From Terrimicrobiaceae bacterium (GTDB taxonomy: Bacteria; Verrucomicrobiota; Verrucomicrobiia; Chthoniobacterales; Terrimicrobiaceae), in contig JBGSVZ010000117.1 in NCBI GenBank assembly GCA_041752695.1, positions 1-49,484 on the forward strand: 49,484 nucleotides of DNA. Reading direction: 5' to 3'. A program made the position numbers and the translations under genes. The notes under the pieces were generated by a model. That model saw only the letters and a program-made list of their open reading frames with translations, made no database searches and had not been told where the DNA came from. Shown here piece after piece: positions 8,874 through 18,417 of this stretch. Every line of letters begins with the position of its first letter. Position 1 is the stretch's first letter.

Positions 8874-9983
8874 ATGGAATACTCTCCTCGCATGTCCCTC
8901 GATTCCCCTGTCTCCGGCCCGGTTCGTCTCAGTGATATCGCTGCGGTGGCGAGGCTCTCCGCCAGCGGAGTCTCGCGTGCACTGAATGGGGATCCGTCGA
9001 TGTCGAAGCAAACCCGTGACCGCATTCAAGAACTTGCGGCCAAAATGGGGTATGAGCCGAATGCGGCGGCGCGCTCCTTGCGCGAGTCAGGCACTTCCGA
9101 CAGGACCAAGACCTTCCGGGGCACTTTAGGTTACCTGATCTCGTCGAAAGAGAACGCGCAGATGCAGGAAAAGCGGGGAAGTGAGCTCTATCCCTGGCAT
9201 TTCGAAGTGCTCAATCGGGCTCAGCGACTTGGATATGCGGTCGATACCCTTGTCGTCTCTCCGGGAGATAAGAGCGGCCACCTAAACCGCGTTCTTCGCT
9301 CCCGCGGAATTCGCGGCCTCATCATTTCCGCCCATCAAAAAGACCCCAGGGATTATCCGATCGATTGGGAAAAGTTTTGCGCGGTCAGCATTCACGCCGA
9401 ACCGTCCGCTCACTTTCTTCATAATCTCAGCGTGGCCTACTTTCAGGGTGTCTATGATGCCGCCAGAAAGCTTGTGAGCATGGGTCATCAGCGGATCGGT
9501 TTCCTGATGGTTGGCAACGTGCTCGATTCCTTTCTTGGGGGTTACGAAGTGGCCGTCGGGAGATCGGGGCTGCCCGTCCTTCCCGGACTGGTGCAGCAGA
9601 CTTTTCAAGAAAAACCCTTTCTGGCGTGGCTCAAGCGTATCCGTCCCGAGGTCGTTCTGACCACCAGCGGCATGGAGGTTGTTGAAGCTCTTCGCCGAAA
9701 TGGACTGAGCATCCCCAAGGATATCGGGGTCTGCGTGATTGATGACATCGACAAGCCGGGCTACCTGAGTGGCATGCGCCAGCCCCGCAGTCAGCTTTGC
9801 CGCTGGGCGGTGGACTCCCTGCACTCCATCATCACCCACAACGAATTCGGTCCACCCACGGATCCGGTGGAGATTCAGTTTCCCTCACGCTGGGCGGATG
9901 GACAAACCGTGCGGCCCCGTGGTGCCGGCTCCGTTGGTCGCAGACCGCCGCGCAGTTCCCTCACGAATGTCGCCGGTGCCTGA
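8874..9983 (+). CDS. LacI-family transcriptional regulator
   Basis: HTH VRLSDIAAVARLSASGVSRALNG, hinge GYEPNAAARSL and a sugar-binding domain. Start at 8874 or 8892. Confidence 0.92.
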   Translation: MEYSPRMSLDSPVSGPVRLSDIAAVARLSASGVSRALNGDPSMSKQTRDRIQELAAKMGYEPNAAARSLRESGTSDRTKTFRGTLGYLISSKENAQMQEKRGSELYPWHFEVLNRAQRLGYAVDTLVVSPGDKSGHLNRVLRSRGIRGLIISAHQKDPRDYPIDWEKFCAVSIHAEPSAHFLHNLSVAYFQGVYDAARKLVSMGHQRIGFLMVGNVLDSFLGGYEVAVGRSGLPVLPGLVQQTFQEKPFLAWLKRIRPEVVLTTSGMEVVEALRRNGLSIPKDIGVCVIDDIDKPGYLSGMRQPRSQLCRWAVDSLHSIITHNEFGPPTDPVEIQFPSRWADGQTVRPRGAGSVGRRPPRSSLTNVAGA

Positions 9984-9990
9984 AGGCTGC

Positions 9991-11892
9991 TCACTCTCCT
10001 TGAGGAAGGATCTCCCACAATTCTCCGTCTCCACCCGAAAGCACACGAGTGAAAGGCAGCCTAGCAGTTTCTCCCGTGAACAGATTCACCAATTTTGTTC
10101 CACTCGGCTTGCTTAAACTCTCCGCGCTGACCTTCGAAGTCCCAGAGCTTTCGTTCCAGTTTGTCAGGCCCAATAATCCGCCTCCGTCCCCATCAAGTCT
10201 GGCCCAAAGAAAAGGAGCACGGCCCTCGTTGGCCACCCAGTCGTAGCCTGGACAAATCACTTTTTGTCCATGACGCACCCGGGCGACGATCCGTCGGAAT
10301 GCCTCCATGCGAGGGTCGGCCTGCTGATGGCTCAGCCTGCCTCCCAACTCGGTCACTGCGCCCGATGCGGCCATGAACGTGGTGATCAATCTCCACTTTG
10401 CGTCATCAGTGGTATCGCCGTAGCGGTAAAGTGACAATCCATCGGCATTAGGCTGCCAGAAAAACCGCTGGGTTTGTTTGAGGCCTGTCAGGGCAGCCAC
10501 GGCAACGCCAATTTCCTCAAAAGTCGCGAGCGGCAGACCGCCGGTGATGTCGGGTCCGACGCGGTGTTGATCCCAGACCGCACTGCGAAAGGGATTGCCA
10601 TTCGCTGGCTCGAGGCAGCTTAGCATTAAACCGTCCTCCGGTAGCCGCATCCGAATCTCGTGTTCCAGCCATGACAACCACTGCAAGTTGGTTTGTTCAT
10701 TTCGTCGCAGCTTCATCCTCGGCTGCTCAAAGCCGTAGGTCCAAAAATCCAGCTTTACGCCCTCGAAGCGCCACTCGACAAGAAGCCGATCCAGAGAGCG
10801 TCGCGCCAAGTCCCGAACCTCCGTCAACGAAAAATCGGCAAAGACGAGATTTTCTTCGAAGTGGAGCGTGGAATTAGGAATAAAAAATTCCGGGTGAGCC
10901 TTGAACAAATCACTATGAATCGAACAGGAGGGTGAGAACCAGATCATGGGACGCAGGCCCAGGGCTCGAATATCATCCGCCAGTGCCCGCATGCCGCGTG
11001 GAAAACGACGCGGGCACCAGGCGGTCTCGTCCTGCCAATGGCCGCCCAGGTTGGCGGCGGGTGTGCTGTGCCGGTCCGCATCTTTTTCGAACCCGTCGTC
11101 AATCTGAATCCACTTTACGTTGGGCAGGTTGCGGGCCACCCAGCGGGCTTCTGTGAGGATAAGCTCTTCGTCGATATTGCGGTAAATCCCCTCGTTCCAC
11201 GAGCCCCAAAAAAGCTCATGCCGGGAGGCGGGGCCTCGATGAATCCTGCCTAACGCCTGCGTTTGAAGCAGGGCTGCATGATACCCATCAAAAATATTGG
11301 GACCGAATTTCACAGAACCAGTGAGAATGTCTTCATAGACAACCTCACCTGCAAACACCTGCCCCCCGGCAAGGGGCCAGGACTCAATGCCCAAGCAAGC
11401 GAACTCGACCATGATTTCCAGCGTCCGGTCATCAACCAATCTCCAGCGATAGCCTGCCTTGGCAGCTCCTTCCGTCAGCGGACCGATCAGCCAGGCCGGG
11501 CCGCCGGGTTGAAAGGCGACAAAGGCATTGTGAAAGGCCATGTCCTGATGCCCGGCCGGCAGCTCAAAGTTTCCGGGAGAGCTGAACCCGGTGCGAAAGA
11601 GCCCGTCTCCGCCGAGTTGCTGCGCTGCCGAAAGGGTCATTTCGCGGTGCAAGCGGGGCATGGCGTGATGATGGACTCTCAACCCCGCCCCGGCGGGAAA
11701 GGTCAGTACATAGTTCAACCGATAGCCGGCGATATGCTGCGGGCCGGCTGGCTCGATCTGAATCTCGCGGCGGCATTGTTCGGCGCTGAAGGCGGTCTGA
11801 ACGGTCCGCATCCCGCAGTCGAAGGTCCAGGCACCGGCCGCGGGACGGGTTTCCAGGCCCACAAGTTCCACCTGTAATGGCAATGGAGTCAT
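9991..11892 (-). CDS. GH36-like alpha-galactosidase
   Basis: WGSWN, IQIDDGF, RFPRGMRALAD...GLRPMIWFSP, GVKLDF, RVGPD. Start placed at MTPLP. Confidence 0.85.
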   Translation of the reverse strand: MTPLPLQVELVGLETRPAAGAWTFDCGMRTVQTAFSAEQCRREIQIEPAGPQHIAGYRLNYVLTFPAGAGLRVHHHAMPRLHREMTLSAAQQLGGDGLFRTGFSSPGNFELPAGHQDMAFHNAFVAFQPGGPAWLIGPLTEGAAKAGYRWRLVDDRTLEIMVEFACLGIESWPLAGGQVFAGEVVYEDILTGSVKFGPNIFDGYHAALLQTQALGRIHRGPASRHELFWGSWNEGIYRNIDEELILTEARWVARNLPNVKWIQIDDGFEKDADRHSTPAANLGGHWQDETAWCPRRFPRGMRALADDIRALGLRPMIWFSPSCSIHSDLFKAHPEFFIPNSTLHFEENLVFADFSLTEVRDLARRSLDRLLVEWRFEGVKLDFWTYGFEQPRMKLRRNEQTNLQWLSWLEHEIRMRLPEDGLMLSCLEPANGNPFRSAVWDQHRVGPDITGGLPLATFEEIGVAVAALTGLKQTQRFFWQPNADGLSLYRYGDTTDDAKWRLITTFMAASGAVTELGGRLSHQQADPRMEAFRRIVARVRHGQKVICPGYDWVANEGRAPFLWARLDGDGGGLLGLTNWNESSGTSKVSAESLSKPSGTKLVNLFTGETARLPFTRVLSGGDGELWEILPQGE

Positions 11893-12037
11893 TGGTATTG
11901 CACCCCACCTTTGCCAGCCGTGGCATGAGCGGTGAAACGCTTGGGTTGGCAACCGCTTCGGCCGGTCGGCGGTGAGGACATTATCGTCATGAGGGGAAAT
12001 GTGACAGCGCCTCGGCATGCCGTCCAGACGGGCTCGG

Positions 12038-12099
12038 ATTCAAAGGTTTGAGAAAGTGCGCTTTTTGCGGTTTGCGGGTCGCATTTCAATCGATTGAGA
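12038..12099. promoter_or_regulatory. Two putative LacI-type operators (ATTCAAAGGTTTGAGA 12038-12053; TTTCAATCGATTGAGA 12084-12099)
   Basis: Both match the TTCA-N6-TGA motif and lie in the divergent promoter region between the GH36 and PEP-CTERM genes. Confidence 0.5.
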
Positions 12100-12147
12100 G
12101 CCTTCCCCATTGAAGAAAATTCCGCGGCGGTTTGATTTGGTTCACGT

Positions 12148-12864
12148 ATGAAACACATCTCCCCACTTCTCGCTGCCACACTCATAATGTGTGTCGGTGG
12201 ATTCTCCCACGCGCAGATCGTCGTCCAACCCTCCTCCGTGACCATTCTTGGAGCCTCGGCCGATGGATCTGGCGGCAATAATAACTCGTTTATCGACGGC
12301 GAGGGCCTTAGCAACGCATCGGCTTACATCACCGGGTCCTCCCTTCCCGTGACGTGGGACACCCATAGTTTGGCCGACTTAACGGAAAATGGCAACTGGC
12401 GGAGCGGCCCATTTCCTCCCGGCGGAACCTCTTTCACCTACACCATGAGCCTGGGCGGAACTTACGATGTCACAGGTATGCATGTCTGGAATTATAACGC
12501 GACTGCGGACAATGGCTATTCGAGTCCGGGAATCGGGATCAACCGCATGCTGGTGGAAGTCTCCACGGATGGGGGATCGAGTTGGACCACGGCTGCTGAT
12601 TATACATCGGGTTCGGCTTTTGTCATTCCAACGGTTAACGTGGCGACGTCCGGTCAGACGCTCGACTTTGGAAGCACGTTCACCGGAGTGGACACCGTTC
12701 GTTTCTCCAACATGGATTCCTTCTGGACACCGGGCGGCGGGGATTTTTACAACTATCGTAAAGGGATTGCCGAGGTCCGCTTCATCGCGGTGCCGGAGCC
12801 GAGCACCACATTGTTCCTGTCCGGTGGTTTGGCTTTCCTCTCGCTCCGTCGGCGGAGGGCCTGA
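12148..12864 (+). CDS. PEP-CTERM sorting-domain protein with a discoidin/F5-8-like body
   Basis: Signal peptide; LGGTYDVTGMHVWNYN...EVSTDGGSSWT...GIAEVRF; VPEPST followed by a TM helix and RRRRA. Confidence 0.9.
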   Translation: MKHISPLLAATLIMCVGGFSHAQIVVQPSSVTILGASADGSGGNNNSFIDGEGLSNASAYITGSSLPVTWDTHSLADLTENGNWRSGPFPPGGTSFTYTMSLGGTYDVTGMHVWNYNATADNGYSSPGIGINRMLVEVSTDGGSSWTTAADYTSGSAFVIPTVNVATSGQTLDFGSTFTGVDTVRFSNMDSFWTPGGGDFYNYRKGIAEVRFIAVPEPSTTLFLSGGLAFLSLRRRRA

Positions 12865-12990
12865 GGCCCATGTTGCCCGCCTGGCGGTATTGCCAAGGAG
12901 GCTTCTGCGAACAGCTGTTCGGTTCGAACCCTTGCGCTTTCCGGATGGTTTGCTGAGACAGGCGGGTTTGTGGATCACGTTTGGGAGTTC

Positions 12991-14679
12991 ATGGCATCCT
13001 TCCCTTTGAACCCTGCCCGCGTTCCACTGAGCATGCCCGGTTCCCTGCTGGGGATTTCGGCGGAGACTCGTGTGGACAGGGACCGGTTCTTTGTGCGCTC
13101 GCTGCACCGGTTTGCCGATCCGCGGGATCTGATAGGCATCGGACTGGTTGGCAGGCCGAAGCCTGAATCTGTGGATCTCCGACCGGGCTCGTTGAGTATG
13201 GGGTGGTCCGGGGCCTCGATCGAAGCGGTCTTTTCCGGTTGCGACAGCTTGCGCTTGCGGGCCGAAGGAGGCGTCGGCGAGTTGGTTGTGGCCCCGCCGG
13301 ATGCCCGTGTGGAATGGTCGGGAGACAGCGATGTTGTGGTGACTCATCCGTCCGTCTCACCTGTTTTGAAAATCTCGGCAGTCGGCGGCGGGCTGAATCT
13401 TTGTGAGCGAGTTATTACCTTTGGAGCAGAGGGATCGGGAGAAGAGGTCTGCCTCGAAGAGCTGGGCGGGAAGCCGGATGCGGGAGGATCGTTCGAATTG
13501 CATCGGGAAGCCCGGAGTCGGGAATTCGGCGAATGGCTGAGTCGTTATGAGCGCCTCTACCCACATGCGGATGCTGCCGCTCTGACCGAGGCGGCGTATC
13601 TATTCTGGTCTTGTCAGGCCGGCCCGCGGGGATCGTTGCGGAGGCGCGCGGTGTTGATGTCGAAGAATTGGATGACCGGGATCTGGAGCTGGGACAATTG
13701 TTTCAATGCCATTGCGCTCGCCGACATCGATCCGGAACTGGCCTGGGATCAATTTTGCTTTTTCTTCGATTGGCAGGCTGAGGATGGGCGGCTCCCGGAC
13801 TTGATCACGGCCTCCGGAGTGGATTGGGGGATGACAAAGCCGCCGGTCTATGGTTGGACGCTTTCCAAGCTGCGTGCGTTGCATCCGTTTTTCCGGGATG
13901 CGAGGCGCTTGCGGGAAGTCTATGAGCCGATGGTCCGGCAGGTGCGTTTCTGGCTGGAGACAAGGGACAGCGATGAGGATGGGCTGGCGGAATATGCCCA
14001 TGGCTGCGACTCGGGTTGGGATAATGGCACGGCCTTCATCGATGGCCTGCCCTGCGCCTCACCCGACCTCGCGGCCTGGCTGATTCTTCAGTTGGAGGAA
14101 CTGGCCCGACTGGCTCCCGTCATTGGCCACCCCGAAGATGCGGCAGTGTGGACCGACAAAGCCAGACGGATTGCGGAGGCCATGTCAGTTCGCTGTTGGG
14201 ATGGTCGGAGATGGCAGGCCGTTCAATCCCACAGCCACCGTCCATCCTCAGAGGGTAACTGCCTCCTGCCATGGCTGGCAGGGATGGTCGGACACCGGAT
14301 GTCTGAAACCCAGCGCGCTGCGGTGGTGCGACTTCTGGGTGAGGAAGGGCGTTTTTTGACATCGTTTGGACCTGCCACGGAATCCATCCGCAGTCCGCTC
14401 TATGAGGCGGACGGTTATTGGCGCGGCCCGATCTGGGGTCCTTCAACCGTAATGGCTGTCGAGGCCTGCCGGGCCTGCGGAGCGCCCGGCCTCGCTGACG
14501 AAATTGCCAGGCGGTTTGTCCGCATGGGAAACCAGATCGGGTTTGCAGAAAACTACGACGCGCTGACCGGCCGGGGGCTGCGTGATCCGGGCTACACATG
14601 GGCGGCGGCGGCATGGCTGCTGCTTCAGCGCACGGCGGCCTCCGCTCGGACAACACAGGAACCAAGTTCAGTACCCTGA
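12991..14679 (+). CDS. GH63/MGH1-like (alpha/alpha)6 glycoside hydrolase
   Basis: IWSWDNCF, TKPPVYGW, DSGWDN, YWRGPIW, FAENYDALTG, YTWAAA. Confidence 0.85.
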   Translation: MASFPLNPARVPLSMPGSLLGISAETRVDRDRFFVRSLHRFADPRDLIGIGLVGRPKPESVDLRPGSLSMGWSGASIEAVFSGCDSLRLRAEGGVGELVVAPPDARVEWSGDSDVVVTHPSVSPVLKISAVGGGLNLCERVITFGAEGSGEEVCLEELGGKPDAGGSFELHREARSREFGEWLSRYERLYPHADAAALTEAAYLFWSCQAGPRGSLRRRAVLMSKNWMTGIWSWDNCFNAIALADIDPELAWDQFCFFFDWQAEDGRLPDLITASGVDWGMTKPPVYGWTLSKLRALHPFFRDARRLREVYEPMVRQVRFWLETRDSDEDGLAEYAHGCDSGWDNGTAFIDGLPCASPDLAAWLILQLEELARLAPVIGHPEDAAVWTDKARRIAEAMSVRCWDGRRWQAVQSHSHRPSSEGNCLLPWLAGMVGHRMSETQRAAVVRLLGEEGRFLTSFGPATESIRSPLYEADGYWRGPIWGPSTVMAVEACRACGAPGLADEIARRFVRMGNQIGFAENYDALTGRGLRDPGYTWAAAAWLLLQRTAASARTTQEPSSVP

Positions 14680-14973
14680 AATTCCACGTCCGCGGTCGCG
14701 AGCCCTTCCGGCATCCCTGGCGAAAGCTCTCCACGGTTGGCAGGGTCTATGATTTGTTGCGTTCGGATTCGATGGGTCACTTCGCGCGGTTGCAGCGGGA
14801 CATCGATTACAAGATCTGTCCTCAAGGGACACCATTGGCTCGTGGCCATCATGCTCGCTTTGCATGCCTTAATCCCACAAAGTGAATAATAGTCTCAGAG
14901 TAAAAATTGTATATTGGCCGCCTCCGACATAAATCTCACCAGGACTTCTGATCAGTTTCCTCCAAGCATCCCT

Positions 14974-16047
14974 ATGGCAAGAAAACACGAAGCCGGTGAC
15001 ATTCCCAAAGCAGACAACGCATTTCCAACCACCGGTCCAAGGTTGAAGGATATCGCGAAAGTGGCAGGCATTTCCGTCAGCGGAGTTTCCCGGGCACTCA
15101 ATGGTGACCCAAGAATGTCGGTCAAGACGCGCGAGCGGATCAAAGAGATTGCGGTCCGGGCGGGTTATGAACCAGTGGCTGCGGCTAGAGTTTTGCGTGG
15201 CATCGCCCGAACCGGCCAAACAAAACCCTTTCAGGGCGCGATCGGACACCTTCTCCATCCCCATGAAATGGTGATGATGCAGAGAAAAGAAGCGAGATCG
15301 CTTTATCCCTGGCTTTTTGAAGTCGGCAATCGTGTAAACTGTCATGGTTACTCGTTGGATGTATTGCCGATCGCCCCGTCGTCCTCCGGGAACAGCCTGA
15401 AACGAATCGTCTCGGCACGCGGGATACGAGGTGTTGTGATCTCGGGAATTCATGATGACCACCGCCGGCTGAATCTGGCCTGGCATCAAATCGCGGCGGT
15501 CAGCCTTTCGGCTGCCCCGTCGGTCCAATTTCTGACCAACTTGAGTGTCCCATATTTTCAAGACACCTATTCTGCTGTTCAAGAAGTGGGCCGCCGCGGT
15601 TACAAGCGTGTTGGTTTCGTGATGATCGGAAACATTTTGGAGCAATTTCTGGCGGGATACGAAACCGCCGTTCACAGCCTTCGGCTGCCCGTCATTAAAA
15701 CCTTGGTTTCAAAATCGGGAGTGCCAGCCGGATTGGCTGGCTGGATCCGAAAAAATTCGGTGGACTGCATTGTTTCCACCACCGGGCTGGAGCTTTTGGA
15801 GGCTTTGCGTGTTGGAGGATTTTCTGTTCCGCGCGATATCGGTCTCTGCTGCGTGGACGATTTTGATGCGCCCGGCCTGCTTAGCGGCCTGCACCAGCCA
15901 AGGGTCAAGCTTGCGAGCCTCGCGGTTGATATCCTTCACACCATGATACAGCGGAACGAAATCGGCATCCCCGATTGCCCGATGGAAATTCATCTTCCCT
16001 CCGAGTGGTCGGAGGGCACCACCCTTTCTCCCAGACGAAAGGCATGA
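14974..16047 (+). CDS. LacI-family transcriptional regulator (paralog of 8874..9983)
   Basis: PRLKDIAKVAGISVSGVSRALNGDP and GYEPVAAARVL. Shares NLSVPYFQD and GFVMIGNIL blocks with the other paralogs. Confidence 0.92.
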   Translation: MARKHEAGDIPKADNAFPTTGPRLKDIAKVAGISVSGVSRALNGDPRMSVKTRERIKEIAVRAGYEPVAAARVLRGIARTGQTKPFQGAIGHLLHPHEMVMMQRKEARSLYPWLFEVGNRVNCHGYSLDVLPIAPSSSGNSLKRIVSARGIRGVVISGIHDDHRRLNLAWHQIAAVSLSAAPSVQFLTNLSVPYFQDTYSAVQEVGRRGYKRVGFVMIGNILEQFLAGYETAVHSLRLPVIKTLVSKSGVPAGLAGWIRKNSVDCIVSTTGLELLEALRVGGFSVPRDIGLCCVDDFDAPGLLSGLHQPRVKLASLAVDILHTMIQRNEIGIPDCPMEIHLPSEWSEGTTLSPRRKA

Positions 16048-16085
16048 TCCCGGCAACGCCCGACTTCGATTCACGGGACAGGCCC

Positions 16086-17126
16086 TCATTTCGGAAGCCA
16101 GGTCCATCCATCTTTCCAATAGCCGCCCACGGTAACGACCTTCGTAAACGGCGGCACTCCTCTTTCATTGCGGCTGAGGGACCCGATCACCAGATCAACG
16201 GCGGAAGAAATGATGGCGCTGATTCGGGCATCAATCCCCGCCCAGCCCTCAACGTCTGCTGCCAGATTCAGGTGCACCAAACCAAGGTCCCGGGGCACCT
16301 TTCGTCCGGTCTTCTCGATGGCCGTGAGGACATGGTTGTCTTGACAAACAACCACATCCGGCTCGTAACGGTCGAGCCACGCGGCAATCTCTGCCTCTGC
16401 CTTGGGAAACGCATTTCGTGCGTTGAGGACCGGAATCCGGTCGGAAGATCGGAATTGCTGGCTAAAGAGGCTGAACCGGGCATTGAGATGGTCATCATTA
16501 TTGGTTGAGTCAAACCCGCTTTGGCAGAAGAGCCCGATTCTCCGTGCGCCGCCCTCCGTGAGCTTTTGGAGAGCCAGCTTCAGATTTCCATAGCCATCCC
16601 CCGAGGCCCGCGAAAGGGCACAATCCGGCCAGGACCAATTTACAAGAACCGCTGCGTAATTTTCCCAATGGAATCCATTCAAGGCGGCGTGCTCCTCCGC
16701 ACAGGGGTAAATGATCCCATAGATGTTGCGGGCCTTCAGAATCCTCTCAAAACTCTCGACGGACAGGCCTTGGGGATGAATCCAGAATTCATCCAGAGAA
16801 TAACCCAATTGGTCTGCACGTTTCCTCGCTCCCGTCAGATAGTCCCTGTCCCACAGGTTCCTGTGCCAACGTTCCTCCACTGGAGATGTGTTGACCCATG
16901 CCAATGTTGCATGGCGTTTGGGGGCATCGTTTCGCCTGACTTGGCTAAGGAGAATCGACACCAAGGGATCCGGGCGGTATCCCATCTCCTCGGCCATTTG
17001 CAGGATCTGCTTCCGTTTGGCGGGCGAGACCCCGCTTTGTCCCCGCAGAGCGCGGCTGACCAAGGTGTGCGATATCCCGCAGGCGTTGGCAATGGTTCGT
17101 AGGTTGACCTGCCCCATTCCGCTCAT
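16086..17126 (-). CDS. LacI-family transcriptional regulator
   Basis: VNLRTIANACGISHTLVSRALRG, GYRPDP, GARKRADQLGYSLDEF, VPRDLG. Confidence 0.92.
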   Translation of the reverse strand: MSGMGQVNLRTIANACGISHTLVSRALRGQSGVSPAKRKQILQMAEEMGYRPDPLVSILLSQVRRNDAPKRHATLAWVNTSPVEERWHRNLWDRDYLTGARKRADQLGYSLDEFWIHPQGLSVESFERILKARNIYGIIYPCAEEHAALNGFHWENYAAVLVNWSWPDCALSRASGDGYGNLKLALQKLTEGGARRIGLFCQSGFDSTNNDDHLNARFSLFSQQFRSSDRIPVLNARNAFPKAEAEIAAWLDRYEPDVVVCQDNHVLTAIEKTGRKVPRDLGLVHLNLAADVEGWAGIDARISAIISSAVDLVIGSLSRNERGVPPFTKVVTVGGYWKDGWTWLPK

Positions 17127-17209
17127 TTCATATTCTTAGTCCCTCCTCGTGTCAACGTGGAAACATGCGAATAAATTGCAAACAGTAATGCTTGTGAAAA
17201 TATGAAGTC

Positions 17210-17941
17210 GTGAAAAAGATTCTATTCCCCACAGCTTCTTCCTTCTGGAAAAAACTCTTCCCGACCGCGCTGATGTCAGCAGCCCTGGCCTTGTCGCCAG
17301 TTGCGGCAGCCCCTCTGCTGGGCACATCGGACACCATCATCGGCGGGGAAGTGACCTTAGTCACGTTCTCACCCGGAATCGAGGGGACCTCCATCAACAC
17401 TAACAACTGGCCTGGAGCCGAAGGTCCCTCCAATGTTCTGGATGGAAGCTCCAGTACGAAATACCTCAACTTTTTCGGAGCCAATTCCGGACTCATTGTC
17501 ACGCCGTCCATTGGGGCTTCGATCGCCACCGGATTGACCCTGGTAACTGCTTCTAGCCTCGGCGAGGAATTCCGCCGACCGGCCAGTTATGTCCTGATGG
17601 GCAGCAACTCCACCGGAGTCGATCTTTATGATTTGGCCAACTACACAGCCCTGACTTCAGGCTCCACCGTGGCCGAATTCGGATCAGGCTCCCCGGATGG
17701 AGCCATCTCGGCTACCTACAATTTCAGCAACACCCTCGGTTTCACCAGTTACCTGCTCTATTTTCCCACGTTGAACCCGGGAAACTATACCCTGCCCGGC
17801 TACGAGGACGGTCAATTGAAAATGCAAATCGGTGACGTGCAATTGAATGGCACCGCCGTCCCTGAGCCTTCGGGTTTTGCTCTTTGTCTCACAGGATTCC
17901 TGGGGTCTATTCTTTTCTTCCGCCGTCTGAGATTCCGCTGA
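17210..17941 (+). CDS. PEP-CTERM sorting-domain protein with a discoidin-like body
   Basis: Signal peptide; NVLDGSSSTKYLNF...RPASYVLMGSN; VPEPS followed by a TM helix and RRLRFR. Confidence 0.9.
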   Translation: MKKILFPTASSFWKKLFPTALMSAALALSPVAAAPLLGTSDTIIGGEVTLVTFSPGIEGTSINTNNWPGAEGPSNVLDGSSSTKYLNFFGANSGLIVTPSIGASIATGLTLVTASSLGEEFRRPASYVLMGSNSTGVDLYDLANYTALTSGSTVAEFGSGSPDGAISATYNFSNTLGFTSYLLYFPTLNPGNYTLPGYEDGQLKMQIGDVQLNGTAVPEPSGFALCLTGFLGSILFFRRLRFR

Positions 17942-18417
17942 TATCGAAGGTCTGGCTGAGGGCTGGTTCAAACATTTGATTTTTGGTTCGCTCACTTCAC
18001 AAGTTTTTCGATCCGCGTGATTTGCCTGGCATAGGAATCGTTGGACTCTTGGATCCCTCGTTGGTCGAACTCCGCCCTTAGGATTTCCATTGACCGTGAC
18101 GGCTGGTGAGGCAAGCCGGGCCTGTGACGGTGATGAGCTTGCCACGGAATTCTCAGGAAGATTTTGTGGAATGGCCGAGCGATTTGGGTGTGGGGAAAAC
18201 CACGATGCCCCCACAAGACGGGGCTCGCGCGATCCCGCCTGCACCGGGAGCGTCGCCGCATGGCTCCTTTTGCAAAGGGAATAGTCACCACCCGCCTTCG
18301 CCGGCCGACCCCTGTGACCGGCCGGTGGGACCGCTTCGGGCCGTCTCTTGCAGCAACTTCTCTGAGCGGCAACCAGGCTGATCTCAAGCGTCTGGTCTCG
18401 TTGCCGAGCCAAACTGA

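Noticed and set aside
8784..9029. N-terminal extension of the pilin ORF (and similar long extensions of the ORFs called from 12018, 27536, 30716, 34842, 35089, 41782 and 44986)
   Set aside because: These extensions overlap divergent genes or promoter regions and precede clear signal peptides or family N-termini.
14680..14970. Possible third pilin relic opposite the 14974 LacI
   Set aside because: I could not find a prepilin-like motif or a good operator copy on the minus strand.
18106..18381. DLGVGKTT, a P-loop-like string in a 91-aa ORF
   Set aside because: It lacks the first Walker A Gly, a preceding hydrophobic strand and a Walker B motif; probably chance.
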